A DNA stretch of 64,000 nucleotides from Spirochaetaceae bacterium (GTDB taxonomy: Bacteria > Spirochaetota > Spirochaetia > DSM-2461). This document shows, piece by piece, positions 31,199 through 41,057 of the stretch (position 1 is its first letter; the number at the start of each line of letters is the position of its first letter). The position numbers and the translations under genes were made by a program. The stretch lies in contig JAOPTT010000006.1 in assembly GCA_051531975.1 (NCBI GenBank), positions 160,656-224,655 on the forward strand, given 5' to 3'. The notes below the pieces were generated by a model, which saw nothing but the letters and a program-made list of their open reading frames with translations, did not search any database and was not told where the DNA came from.

Positions 31199-31799
31199 GG
31201 TCTAAAACTCTAAAATAAAATTTATCAATAATATCAGGTCTATTCGTAGTTATTATCACACTTCTTTCTCCACCCTTTATATAGTTAATCAACCAGCTAA
31301 TCAATATTTTAGTTATTGTTGGATCTAGGGAGTTAAACGGTTCATCTAGAATAAGTAGTCGTGGTTTATGCAGTACAGATAGAATAAAATTAAGTTTTTT
31401 CTTATTCCCTGATGAAAGTTTTGATGTCTGGGTACTCCTATATTTATCCATTGAAAGTATTTTTAATAACGATAAGGCAAGATTTTTATCTTTAAGTTTA
31501 TACATTGATGATATTATATCAATCTGCTCCAATGGAGTTAACATTGGCCATAACATTGCAACTTCAGGGGCATAACCAATAGATTTGTAAGGATCTCCAG
31601 AGAATCCAAATATAACCTCTCCTGAATCAGGCTTAGTTAAACCTACTATCAGATTTGATAAAGTAGTTTTCCCAGAACCATTAGAACCAAGCACAGTTAA
31701 AATCTCTCCCTTTTCTAAATTAAAATTAATTATTGGCAGTTTGAATGTATTTTTATATATTTTTTGCAAACTTTTAACTTCCAACAGATACTCATTCAT
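31176..31799 (-). CDS. ABC transporter ATP-binding protein
   Basis: GSNGSGKT, LSSGN, LILDEP. Confidence 0.9.
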   Translation of the reverse strand: MNEYLLEVKSLQKIYKNTFKLPIINFNLEKGEILTVLGSNGSGKTTLSNLIVGLTKPDSGEVIFGFSGDPYKSIGYAPEVAMLWPMLTPLEQIDIISSMYKLKDKNLALSLLKILSMDKYRSTQTSKLSSGNKKKLNFILSVLHKPRLLILDEPFNSLDPTITKILISWLINYIKGGERSVIITTNRPDIIDKFYFRVLDLDDVNHD

Positions 31800-32702
31800 T
31801 TAAACAAACCTTGTATATGTTTTTAACATTTCAATAATAGCAGGAATATTTCCAGAGAATATTTTTGAAAACTCCAATGCAAAAAGGTAACCACAATTAT
31901 CACAAAGACCAGGAATTTCTGAGCATCGACCACAGATAAAACGTTTGTTGTCTTCTGAAACAATGCACTGATAACATGGCCTTTTCCAGTTATTGATAAG
32001 GAAGCTTTTTAATGTGGATTTAAGGTTAAATACAGGATATCCCTGTTCTATTAAATTAGAAATATTTTTTACAGTATAAATCCTCTGTTCCATGTCTAGA
32101 CAAAGTTCATCAGCAACTCTATATGGGGTATGAAAGTTAAATGAGATTCCATTTAATTTTGGATGTTCTTTAGCATAAATTGTAAGTTTATTAACCTCTG
32201 AAACATTCAACCTATTAATCGCCATGAATACTGAGATATTATTAACTGTTGCTTTATCAAGATTACTCTCTATAAGATCAAAAGTCTCTCCTCTTATAGA
32301 GTTATGTACATCTTTAGTTCCATCTAGACTCAAAAAAATCAGATCAACTTCAGGAATATTCAGATTTATAGTTCCATTTGTTACAATATTAATTAGGAAG
32401 AAGCCAATCTCCCGTGCTTTATTTATCAGATCATATATATTTTTATCCTCATGAGCCCATAGAAGAGTCTCTCCACCGGATAAAAAAAGAATTCTTATTC
32501 CCTCTTTGTAAAACTTCAACATCTCATTCTCGATATCAATATATGCATACATCTTTTGATTAATATTATTTACAGAGCAGTGTTTGCAATTAAGATTACA
32601 ATAATCTGTTACTATTATTGTTCCAAGTATAGGTCTCTTAGACCTTGTAATTACAGACTTAAATCCAAAAGTAATCAATCTAAATAAATCTCTATTTCTC
32701 AT
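31800..32702 (-). CDS. Radical SAM protein with Cys-rich C-terminus
   Basis: CNLNCKHC, SGGE, TNG, SLDG; CYQC/CGRC/CDNC. Confidence 0.9.
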   Translation of the reverse strand: MRNRDLFRLITFGFKSVITRSKRPILGTIIVTDYCNLNCKHCSVNNINQKMYAYIDIENEMLKFYKEGIRILFLSGGETLLWAHEDKNIYDLINKAREIGFFLINIVTNGTINLNIPEVDLIFLSLDGTKDVHNSIRGETFDLIESNLDKATVNNISVFMAINRLNVSEVNKLTIYAKEHPKLNGISFNFHTPYRVADELCLDMEQRIYTVKNISNLIEQGYPVFNLKSTLKSFLINNWKRPCYQCIVSEDNKRFICGRCSEIPGLCDNCGYLFALEFSKIFSGNIPAIIEMLKTYTRFV

Positions 32703-32712
32703 TAGTTTAATT

Positions 32713-33966
32713 TTAGTATAAGTCCAGACCTTTTACCCATGGTTTTTTTAGGGAGTATTTCCAGGTTTTATCTATATATTGATGAGTATAAACTTGTTCG
32801 ACAATATGAAATAGATAACTGCCTCTTGTCGTAACGATCCAGTTACTATTTTTTTGTTTTAATAAACCTAGTATTTTTCCTAAAAAGAGTGTGATTCTGA
32901 ACTCAATATTTAATGATCTATGAAACAGATTATAAAACCTCTCCTCAGAAATTACACCGTTGTATATATTCCAGAAGAACCAATAGAGTTGTCTGCTACG
33001 TTTAGTAAATGTAAGATTTAGATTTGTTGGGATAGTTTTATTATTAATAGTCTCTATATAGTGATCAACCGAGAATACATTGGATTTAAAACAATCCATA
33101 CCTAATGTTGTTGCACTAGCTCCAAAGCCTACAAAATTATCTCTTGTAATTGATGAATATTTTAAAGAACCTTTTTTTGAAAAAGTCCAAACAGATGTAC
33201 GTATGAATCCAAGCTCTTCTGAGATAGTTAATAGTTCATCTAAAAGTCTTTTTTTTGCCAATAACCCTAAAGGTTTTTTTATATTTTCTGCATAAGAGAA
33301 ATCTATATATGGATATGTTGATATCTGAGTTGCCCCATGTTCAACAGCGGTTCTAAAATCTGAGACCAGCTGTTCAGAAGTTTGTCCTGGGATACCAAAT
33401 ATAAGATCAACATCTATCACTTTAAAACCACTATGACTAAGGGTTGTTAAAGGTGTTATCATATCTATCTCTTCTCTGCCCAGTTCTCTATTTAACTCTT
33501 TAGAAAATGATTGCACTCCAAGGCTAACCATATCTATATTTGAACGTTTTAGTATATCGATAAGTTCATCGGTTACATCTGACGGATTTAACTCTATGCC
33601 TCTACTGCCTATAATATTAAAATATCTGTCTATAGTAGTATTTATTTCCAGTAGTCTACCTCCTGCAAGGGCGGGGCTGCCTCCACCAAAATATAGAGAT
33701 GTTAAATCTTTCTTATTGGAGAAACTTCTGTTTGCCACTAATTTAATCTCCTCTAAAAGAGAGTCTATATAGGTATTTATAAGTTCTTTTTTATATAAAA
33801 CTTTATAATAAGGACAGAATGAACAGATACTTTTACAGAAAGGGATATGTATATATCCACCAAGATTTTGTACATTTAAATTAGGAAGAGAGTCACGTTT
33901 TGATCTGAACCTGAAGGGTTTTACCTGTTTAGCAAGAAATAATCTTAAGATTGATGTTAATATCAT
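32713..33966 (-). CDS. HemN/HemW-like radical SAM protein
   Basis: YIHIPFCKSICSFCPY, YFGGGSP, SLGVQSF, DLIFGIPGQ. Confidence 0.88.
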   Translation of the reverse strand: MILTSILRLFLAKQVKPFRFRSKRDSLPNLNVQNLGGYIHIPFCKSICSFCPYYKVLYKKELINTYIDSLLEEIKLVANRSFSNKKDLTSLYFGGGSPALAGGRLLEINTTIDRYFNIIGSRGIELNPSDVTDELIDILKRSNIDMVSLGVQSFSKELNRELGREEIDMITPLTTLSHSGFKVIDVDLIFGIPGQTSEQLVSDFRTAVEHGATQISTYPYIDFSYAENIKKPLGLLAKKRLLDELLTISEELGFIRTSVWTFSKKGSLKYSSITRDNFVGFGASATTLGMDCFKSNVFSVDHYIETINNKTIPTNLNLTFTKRSRQLYWFFWNIYNGVISEERFYNLFHRSLNIEFRITLFLGKILGLLKQKNSNWIVTTRGSYLFHIVEQVYTHQYIDKTWKYSLKKPWVKGLDLY

Positions 33967-34168
33967 ACTTAAATTGTAATGTTTTTTTATCTATATGTGA
34001 TAAATAAACTGATTAAGAATCCTAAAACCACTTATATAACAATGATCCAACTTAAAAACAATGAGAAGTATACAAATAATTCCTCAATAGAATAGATAAT
34101 ACTGGTTACAAAAAAGAGTATATTATAATTATTTTGACTACAAATAAAAATTATTATAGTATTTCAGT

Positions 34169-35731
34169 ATGATTAAAAAGGGACTTTACTATTTTGCCGT
34201 ATTATTATTCCTAGTTTCGTGCAATCAAGATCTTGATTCGACTATTGTTTCTAATTGGCAGGTCCTATACTCTCAAACAGAAAATATCCATGAAGTTTAT
34301 TCATTGGAAGAGTGGTTGGATATTGATATTGGAATACCAATAAGTCTTCCATACCCACAAAAGCACACATTTCAATATGTGTGGCTAAAGGGGAGCTTTA
34401 ATACACCTAAAGATTATACAAAATTATATGGAATTTCTATCTCAAAATTATCAATGGTTGATCGAGTGTATATAAATGGAGGGCTGATAGGGTATCTAAA
34501 TGAAGAAGAGGTTCACAATTTAGATAGTTCACGTAGTTATATCATCCCGACAGGAATTATTGATAAAGGGAAGAACGATGTTTATATCAGGGCAGGTGCT
34601 TATGATGAATGGGATATTGAAATTTCTAGATCTATACTGATTCAAGATGCAGAAAAGTTTAGAAGTATGAGAAAACAAAATCAACTCCTCTCTGAATTTC
34701 TACCTTTTTCAATACTAACTATTATCGTAGGTACGTTTTTTTCTTTTCTTTTTAAATCGGCTTATGAAAAATGGAATAAAGAGTACCTAATATTAGCTAT
34801 ACGATTAATAATTGTAATCTTATGTTATTTGACATTTTATTCACCCATTCCCATTTTTTCTATTAAAACAATTATTGCAATCTGGAAAATGGTGTTACCG
34901 TTATTTTTTATAACTATGATCATTTTATATCAGGAAATTTATAAAATTCATTTTGAAAAGCTTAATTTAACCATTATTCCATTTTTGGCTGGAATATCAA
35001 CAGTTGTATTCTTTTTAAGTATTAACAATATATATGAAGGTATATCTCATTTATTAGTAGGTCTAGCTATAATAGTTGCACTAATGTTCATTTTTTATAT
35101 ATTCAAAAAAATCCTTAAAAATAGGCAAAATGATTATAAATTTACTTTAGTTCTCTTTGATTCAGTAATAATTACTTTCAATATTATTATTGTTGCTATG
35201 TTTTTATTATTTAATATTACAGTAATAGACCCAAGCCTTCTGAGTATATTTAGTAGTTTGTTTTTGACAATATTATTTTCAATTTATTTTGCAAAAAGAG
35301 ATGGATTGCAAAAATTAAAAATGGAGAATCTATCTATTAGGTTAAATAAATCTGAAACAAAATCTGAGAATGTTCAAAAGTACAATATATCACCATCCTT
35401 GGAAAATAAACTAGAGAAAATCATTCTGTTTATCAGAGAAAATTATACATTCTCCATATCTAGGGAGGATCTTGCTGAAACGGTAGGTGTTAATCCCAAT
35501 TATCTTAGTTCACTATTTAATATATACACAGGAAAAAGAATTAATGAATATATAAATGACATTCGTTTGAAAAGAGCATCTGAATTATTGACTCTTCAAA
35601 ATGACTCAGTTACCGATGTAGCATTCTCATCGGGCTTTGAGAGTCTTACAACCTTTAATCGCTTGTTTAAGAAAAAATTCGATTGTACACCGAAAGACTA
35701 CAGTAATCGTCTTGAAAGTATAAAGAAGTAG
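34169..35731 (+). CDS. Membrane-spanning one-component AraC regulator (extracellular beta-sandwich, ~7 TM, AraC HTH)
   Basis: Lipobox-like LVSC; hydrophobic core; NYLSSLF...VAFSSGFESLTTFNRLFKK. Confidence 0.88.
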   Translation: MIKKGLYYFAVLLFLVSCNQDLDSTIVSNWQVLYSQTENIHEVYSLEEWLDIDIGIPISLPYPQKHTFQYVWLKGSFNTPKDYTKLYGISISKLSMVDRVYINGGLIGYLNEEEVHNLDSSRSYIIPTGIIDKGKNDVYIRAGAYDEWDIEISRSILIQDAEKFRSMRKQNQLLSEFLPFSILTIIVGTFFSFLFKSAYEKWNKEYLILAIRLIIVILCYLTFYSPIPIFSIKTIIAIWKMVLPLFFITMIILYQEIYKIHFEKLNLTIIPFLAGISTVVFFLSINNIYEGISHLLVGLAIIVALMFIFYIFKKILKNRQNDYKFTLVLFDSVIITFNIIIVAMFLLFNITVIDPSLLSIFSSLFLTILFSIYFAKRDGLQKLKMENLSIRLNKSETKSENVQKYNISPSLENKLEKIILFIRENYTFSISREDLAETVGVNPNYLSSLFNIYTGKRINEYINDIRLKRASELLTLQNDSVTDVAFSSGFESLTTFNRLFKKKFDCTPKDYSNRLESIKK

Positions 35732-35821
35732 TAACCATTTATTCAAATTTGAGTTAATGATTAGCTAATAACTTATAAAAATCATAGATTTCTCCTAAAT
35801 AAAACATTTAAGGAGATTTTT

Positions 35822-36622
35822 ATGAATAAGAAAAATTGGATTTTGATATTCATCCCGATACTAATAATGACAACCATAGCTTCATTATTTAGTCTACTAA
35901 CTATGGACTTTTACTTTAGAGATTCTACAATTATTGCAGTAAAAAGTCATTATCTAGATTTGATCAACATTTGCATCGTAGTTCCATTAGGGATTGTAAT
36001 GTTTATCTTGGGTATGAAAAACCATTATTGGGCCAAACTATTCATAATGGGGATTATGGCATATTTGGCATTTATGTTTGGATTTAATTCTTTGAGTCTA
36101 TTTTTTAATGAGCTTTTTTTAATTTATGTTTCGCTTTTTAGCCTCAATATTTTTGGTATCATTCTAGGATATGAGGATGTTAAACAATCAGGGAATTATC
36201 TGGAAAATACTATTAAAATGAGAATTTCTGGTATATTTTTGGTGTTTTTTGCAATAACCGCTTATTCAGCATGGTTAATCGAAGTCATTTCATCAACTAT
36301 ATATGGCCTCATACCAGAAAGCATTGGAGGTATGAATCTACCGGTTAGTGTTGTTCATGTATTTGATATGGCATTTGCACTTCCAATTATTGTCTTCGGT
36401 GCAGTATTGCTTTTTAAAGGTAAAATATCAGGATTAATTATTTCATCCATAATGGTGGTCTTTGTATTTTTGGTTTGCATCAGTGTTTTTGGAATGGAAT
36501 TGGCTTTGCAATATCAGCATATGCCTATTGATGAGGGGAAACTCTACTCAATGTATTTATTAATTCCATTATGTATATTCCCACTGATAAATTTATTAAA
36601 AGCCACTTCTAAAAGATTTTAG
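35822..36622 (+). CDS. Polytopic membrane protein of unknown function
   Basis: SD AAGGAG; about 8 hydrophobic segments; VHVFDMAFALP. Confidence 0.8.
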   Translation: MNKKNWILIFIPILIMTTIASLFSLLTMDFYFRDSTIIAVKSHYLDLINICIVVPLGIVMFILGMKNHYWAKLFIMGIMAYLAFMFGFNSLSLFFNELFLIYVSLFSLNIFGIILGYEDVKQSGNYLENTIKMRISGIFLVFFAITAYSAWLIEVISSTIYGLIPESIGGMNLPVSVVHVFDMAFALPIIVFGAVLLFKGKISGLIISSIMVVFVFLVCISVFGMELALQYQHMPIDEGKLYSMYLLIPLCIFPLINLLKATSKRF

Positions 36623-36684
36623 ACATTTTTTGGTAAGATCTCTTCAAGTGATGAAGTTCGAAACCTAAGCTGCAACACATCAAG

Positions 36685-37010
36685 AGAATTAATCATTAGG
36701 AATAGAGATAATTTTTTATAATTATTCTCAAATGGATTTATATACTTCATAAAAAGTAAAAGATTTAGTTTTGGAAATGTTAGAGAAGAAGGTTACAAAG
36801 TTTATTATAAACTTAGATAAAGTTGTATATATTGATGAAATTGGAATTGGTGCATTAATATATATAACTCCTACTATTAAGAAAATTAATCTATAATTTT
36901 TGATTACAAATGTTCATAGATCAGTTAAAGAAGTTATCGAATTAACTAATCTAATGGGATATTTCCCTATGTCACCCACAGTTAATAATGCAATATCATC
37001 ATTAAAATAA
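36685..37010 (+). pseudogene. Degraded STAS anti-anti-sigma factor gene
   Basis: MDLYTS*KVKDLVLEMLEKKVTKFIINLDKVVYIDEIGIGALIYI...L*FLITNVHRSVKEVIELTNLMGYFP; two in-frame stops, 5' end eroded. Confidence 0.8.
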
Positions 37011-37139
37011 TTACATTATTTAAGATTATTTCACTATCTTTATCTCCCTTTTTTATAGTTTTTTAATGACTAAAATAAAAATTATTGAATTCCATTTGTT
37101 ATATTCTATACTTTATTGATATTATTCTGGGAGATTTCT

Positions 37140-39167
37140 ATGAGCAATGGCAATAAAACAATATCTTTAAACTCTATAGGTGGTAAGATCGTAATAATAT
37201 CCTCTATTATAGTGTTTTTTTCACTCTTATTATTATCAGCAATTTCAATTCCACAGATGAGTAATGCTATAGTTACAGAGGCTATGTCAAAACTTGTAGC
37301 TATGCAAAATAGTAAAGTTACAGCGCTTCATGATCTTTTAAATAGAACAGTCAACGATAGTAGTGTAATTGCCGACACCGTAGATATTAAAATGGCTGTA
37401 GATAATTTGATTACTTATCATAAGGAGATGGGAATATCCGCTACAGGAGATTATATTATAACAGGAGAGAGTGACGATCTAACACTTAAATATTCAGAAT
37501 TATATGCAAGTATTAATAAAAATGTTCAGAAATATAATGACATTTATAATTATTATGATGTTTTAATTGTATGTGTAAAACATGGACATGTTATGTATTC
37601 AAATGCCAGAGAGGCTGATCTGGGTTCAAATTTATCAGTTGGACAATATAAAGATAGTTCCCTAGGAAAACTCTGGAAAAAAGCTGTTACAGATAAAAAA
37701 ACTTCAATAGTTGACCTTGAATCCTACGAACCTTCTAATGGTGACCCTGCAATGTTTATTGGAAGTCCAGTATATGATGGGGAAGTAATGACTGCTCTAG
37801 TCGTTCTTCAGCCTAATAACAATTTGATTAATAAAATTATGACAAATTCAGCAGGAATGGGTGAGACTGGGGAGTCATACTGTGTTGGAGTTGATAATTT
37901 AATGCGTACTGAAAGTCGATTTTCAAAGCAAGGAGAGTCTACAATATTAAAAAGGTTTATAGATACTCCAGCCAGTCGAGTATTAGATATTGAAGTAAAA
38001 GATACAATTACAAATCAAATAGAGAACTCAAGTGGAGTTGAAGTACTATCAGCATATTCTCATGGAAGAATTGACGAGTTGTTTAATGCTGATTTTGACT
38101 GGGCTGTAATTGCAGAAATAAATAAATCTGAAATAATAAAACCAGTTAATAATTTAATTCGTGTGATTATTTTAATTGCTGTCATAATAATTATAATTGC
38201 AGTATTTATACTAATATTTGTATCAAAAACTATAACAACTCCAATAATCTTAGCAGTTGAAGTAGCAGAAAAGATATCTTCAGGTAATCTAGATGTTAAT
38301 ATTGAAAGTAAATATCTAAATAGAAAGGATGAGACAGGAGCCCTCTCAGTCTCTTTGCAGACAATGATAAAACAGTTAACCGAGGTCGTTGGAAGTGTGA
38401 TTACAGGTTCTGAACAGATGGCTACAGCTTCAAATCAGCTTTCAAACGGCAACCATGATCTGACTGTTAGAACAGAAGCTCAGGCCTCATCTCTACAAGA
38501 AACTTCAGCAGCTATAGAGCAGATGAACTCTTCAATTAGATCTAATGCAGATAATACAACAACTGCTGATCAGCTATCCCGGGATGCTCTAGTTAAGACC
38601 GAGGATGGTTCAAGAACGGTGCATTCTATGATAGATTCTATGAATGAAATTAGTACATCAAGTAATACCATTTCAGAAATTATTGATGTTATTAATAATA
38701 TAGCCTTCCAGACAAATCTTTTAGCACTAAATGCATCAATCGAAGCTGCAAGAGCTGGAGAACAAGGTAAAGGTTTTGCAGTCGTAGCTGTAGAGGTCAG
38801 AAAACTAGCAAAACGTTCAGATAAAGCAGCAACAGAGATATCCGAAATTATTAAAAATAGTAATAAAAAGGTTTCTGAAGGTTTGGATATGGCAAATGGT
38901 GCAGGAGATATGCTTAATGAGATTAATGGTGCAGTTAAAAAAGTAGCTGTATTAATTACAGAAATCTCAGCTTCCTCTCAGGAACAACTTACAAGTGTGG
39001 ATCAGATCGATAATACACTTTCTACCCTTGATGAAAATACTCAAAAAAATGCATCACTGGTTGAAGAAGCAGGTGCAGCTACTGAAGAGTTATCTACTCA
39101 AGCGGAAGAATTGTTAAACAAAATGAAATTTTTTAAGCTGTCTGAAGAGAAACATTTACTTACATAA
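37140..39167 (+). CDS. Methyl-accepting chemotaxis protein (Cache-like sensor, HAMP, MA)
   Basis: [36 protein letters not shown] before ATG 37140. Confidence 0.95.
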   Translation: MSNGNKTISLNSIGGKIVIISSIIVFFSLLLLSAISIPQMSNAIVTEAMSKLVAMQNSKVTALHDLLNRTVNDSSVIADTVDIKMAVDNLITYHKEMGISATGDYIITGESDDLTLKYSELYASINKNVQKYNDIYNYYDVLIVCVKHGHVMYSNAREADLGSNLSVGQYKDSSLGKLWKKAVTDKKTSIVDLESYEPSNGDPAMFIGSPVYDGEVMTALVVLQPNNNLINKIMTNSAGMGETGESYCVGVDNLMRTESRFSKQGESTILKRFIDTPASRVLDIEVKDTITNQIENSSGVEVLSAYSHGRIDELFNADFDWAVIAEINKSEIIKPVNNLIRVIILIAVIIIIIAVFILIFVSKTITTPIILAVEVAEKISSGNLDVNIESKYLNRKDETGALSVSLQTMIKQLTEVVGSVITGSEQMATASNQLSNGNHDLTVRTEAQASSLQETSAAIEQMNSSIRSNADNTTTADQLSRDALVKTEDGSRTVHSMIDSMNEISTSSNTISEIIDVINNIAFQTNLLALNASIEAARAGEQGKGFAVVAVEVRKLAKRSDKAATEISEIIKNSNKKVSEGLDMANGAGDMLNEINGAVKKVAVLITEISASSQEQLTSVDQIDNTLSTLDENTQKNASLVEEAGAATEELSTQAEELLNKMKFFKLSEEKHLLT

Positions 39168-39190
39168 CTAAAAAATAAAGTAGCAAATAC

Positions 39191-39214
39191 TGATGCCCAC
39201 AATTATGGGCATCA
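39191..39214. terminator. Likely bidirectional terminator hairpin
   Basis: TGATGCCCA-caatta-TGGGCATCA between convergent genes. Confidence 0.75.
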
Positions 39215-39220
39215 AATATA

Positions 39221-40576
39221 TTATAGTCCTATTACTTTATTAAGAAATACAATTGCAATTAATATTGGTGTTATAAACTTTATCATAACAAAAAACATAT
39301 TAAGGTACTTACCTTTAAACTTACCATTACATGTAAGTTCATCCTCAACATCTTTCCTCTTCATAATCCAACCAGTAAAAATTGAAACTGATAGTGCAAC
39401 AAGTGGAAGCATCCAGTTAGCTGTTAAGTAGTCTGCAAAATCAAATAGATTCATATTAAAAACAGAGATACTACTTATGGCAGATGATGGCGACATGGAA
39501 AGAGAGAATATAGCTCCAATAATAATAAGGGCAATAATTACCAGAATGGTTGATCGTCTTCGTCCTAATTTAAAGTCTTCAGAAACATATGCAACTGTAA
39601 CTTCAAGCAGTGACACTGTGGATGTTAGAGCTGCAATCGCAAGTAATAAAAAGAATATTATCTGGAAAAATGCCCCACCAGCCATCTGGTTAAATATATT
39701 TGGAAGAGTAATAAATACTAACCCAGGACCTGATGCAGGTTCAATATTAAATGCAAATACAGCAGGAAATATTGCTACACCAGCAAGCAGTGCAATTATT
39801 GTATCAGCTGCACCAACTTGAATTGCAGTAGCACCTAAACTAATTTCTTTATTTATATATGAACCATATGTAAGCATTATACCCATTCCTAAACTTAAAG
39901 TAAAAAATGCATGCCCAAGAGCCTCTAGAACTCCATCTTTAGTAAGTTTAGAGAAGTCAGGTTGAAATAAGAATTTAAGACCTTCCGATGCACCATCAAG
40001 AGTGACAGCTCTTACATTTAAAATAATTATAATAACTAGTAAAAATGGCATCAAGATTTTTGAAGCTTTCTCAATTCCATTATGAACACCAAATACAACA
40101 ACAATTCCTGTTAAGATCATAAACATTGTCTGATAAATAATTGGTTCAACTGGACTAGTAATAAATCCTGTAAAAATACCAGCAATTTCATCAGGAGTTT
40201 TTCCTGCTGAACCACCTGTAAATGCAAGGTTTATATATTTTAATGTCCAACCAGCAACAACTCCATAAAAAGCTAATATAAAAAATGATGTACCCATGGC
40301 TAATCCACCAGGGATTTTCCAAGCTTTTAAGCCACTTAATTTTGTAAACCCATCTACTGCATTAGTTTCACTTCTTCTACCAATTAACATTTCTGATATT
40401 AAAATAGGTAAACCAATTAATACAATACAAATCAAGTACACAATTAAAAATGCACCACCACCATTTTGACCTGTAATATATGGAAACTTCCATATATTAC
40501 CTAAACCAATTGCAGAACCAGCTGCTGCTGCAATGATACCAAATTTAGATGAAAATGCATCTCTTTTTTCTAACAT
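39221..40576 (-). CDS. Sodium-dependent transporter, NSS/SNF family
   Basis: GSAIGLGNIWKFPY, FFTLSLGMG, GPGLVFITLP. Confidence 0.95.
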   Translation of the reverse strand: MLEKRDAFSSKFGIIAAAAGSAIGLGNIWKFPYITGQNGGGAFLIVYLICIVLIGLPILISEMLIGRRSETNAVDGFTKLSGLKAWKIPGGLAMGTSFFILAFYGVVAGWTLKYINLAFTGGSAGKTPDEIAGIFTGFITSPVEPIIYQTMFMILTGIVVVFGVHNGIEKASKILMPFLLVIIIILNVRAVTLDGASEGLKFLFQPDFSKLTKDGVLEALGHAFFTLSLGMGIMLTYGSYINKEISLGATAIQVGAADTIIALLAGVAIFPAVFAFNIEPASGPGLVFITLPNIFNQMAGGAFFQIIFFLLLAIAALTSTVSLLEVTVAYVSEDFKLGRRRSTILVIIALIIIGAIFSLSMSPSSAISSISVFNMNLFDFADYLTANWMLPLVALSVSIFTGWIMKRKDVEDELTCNGKFKGKYLNMFFVMIKFITPILIAIVFLNKVIGL

Positions 40577-41057
40577 AAAACAAACTCCAATTTTTATTGA
40601 AGATAGTACAATACATTAACTTAATAATATATATGCCATTATTTAGTTTTGACATATATTGATCGTGAATTGATGATTATATAAATATAATATACCTATA
40701 TGGTGGTAATGATCCAAATTTTATTTAGGTATAGTGTTTAGGGAAACGTTTTAAAATTGTAACGAAAGTACGATTTACGTGTAATTATGGGTATATTCAT
40801 GCTATTAGTGTTGTTTTTGATATTCTTCAGCCTGCTATTATTAAAATTGAACTTTTATGTTAAAAAAGACTAAAACTGATTTATATTTAGAAAAACTGGT
40901 TTAATTTAAAAAAGTAAATATTAAATTATATAAAATTTCATTATAATATTCTTTGAACTTTTTTGAGTTATTTAACATATTAAACAACTTAATTTAATCA
41001 GGTGTTTTTTGATGAAAAAGTGTTTTAATAAAGTATACATATCCGTATAATACACAT

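Noticed and set aside
40787..40873. 28-aa hydrophobic ORF, possible type I toxin
   Set aside because: No SD, promoter or antisense hairpin seen; such ORFs arise by chance in T-rich DNA.
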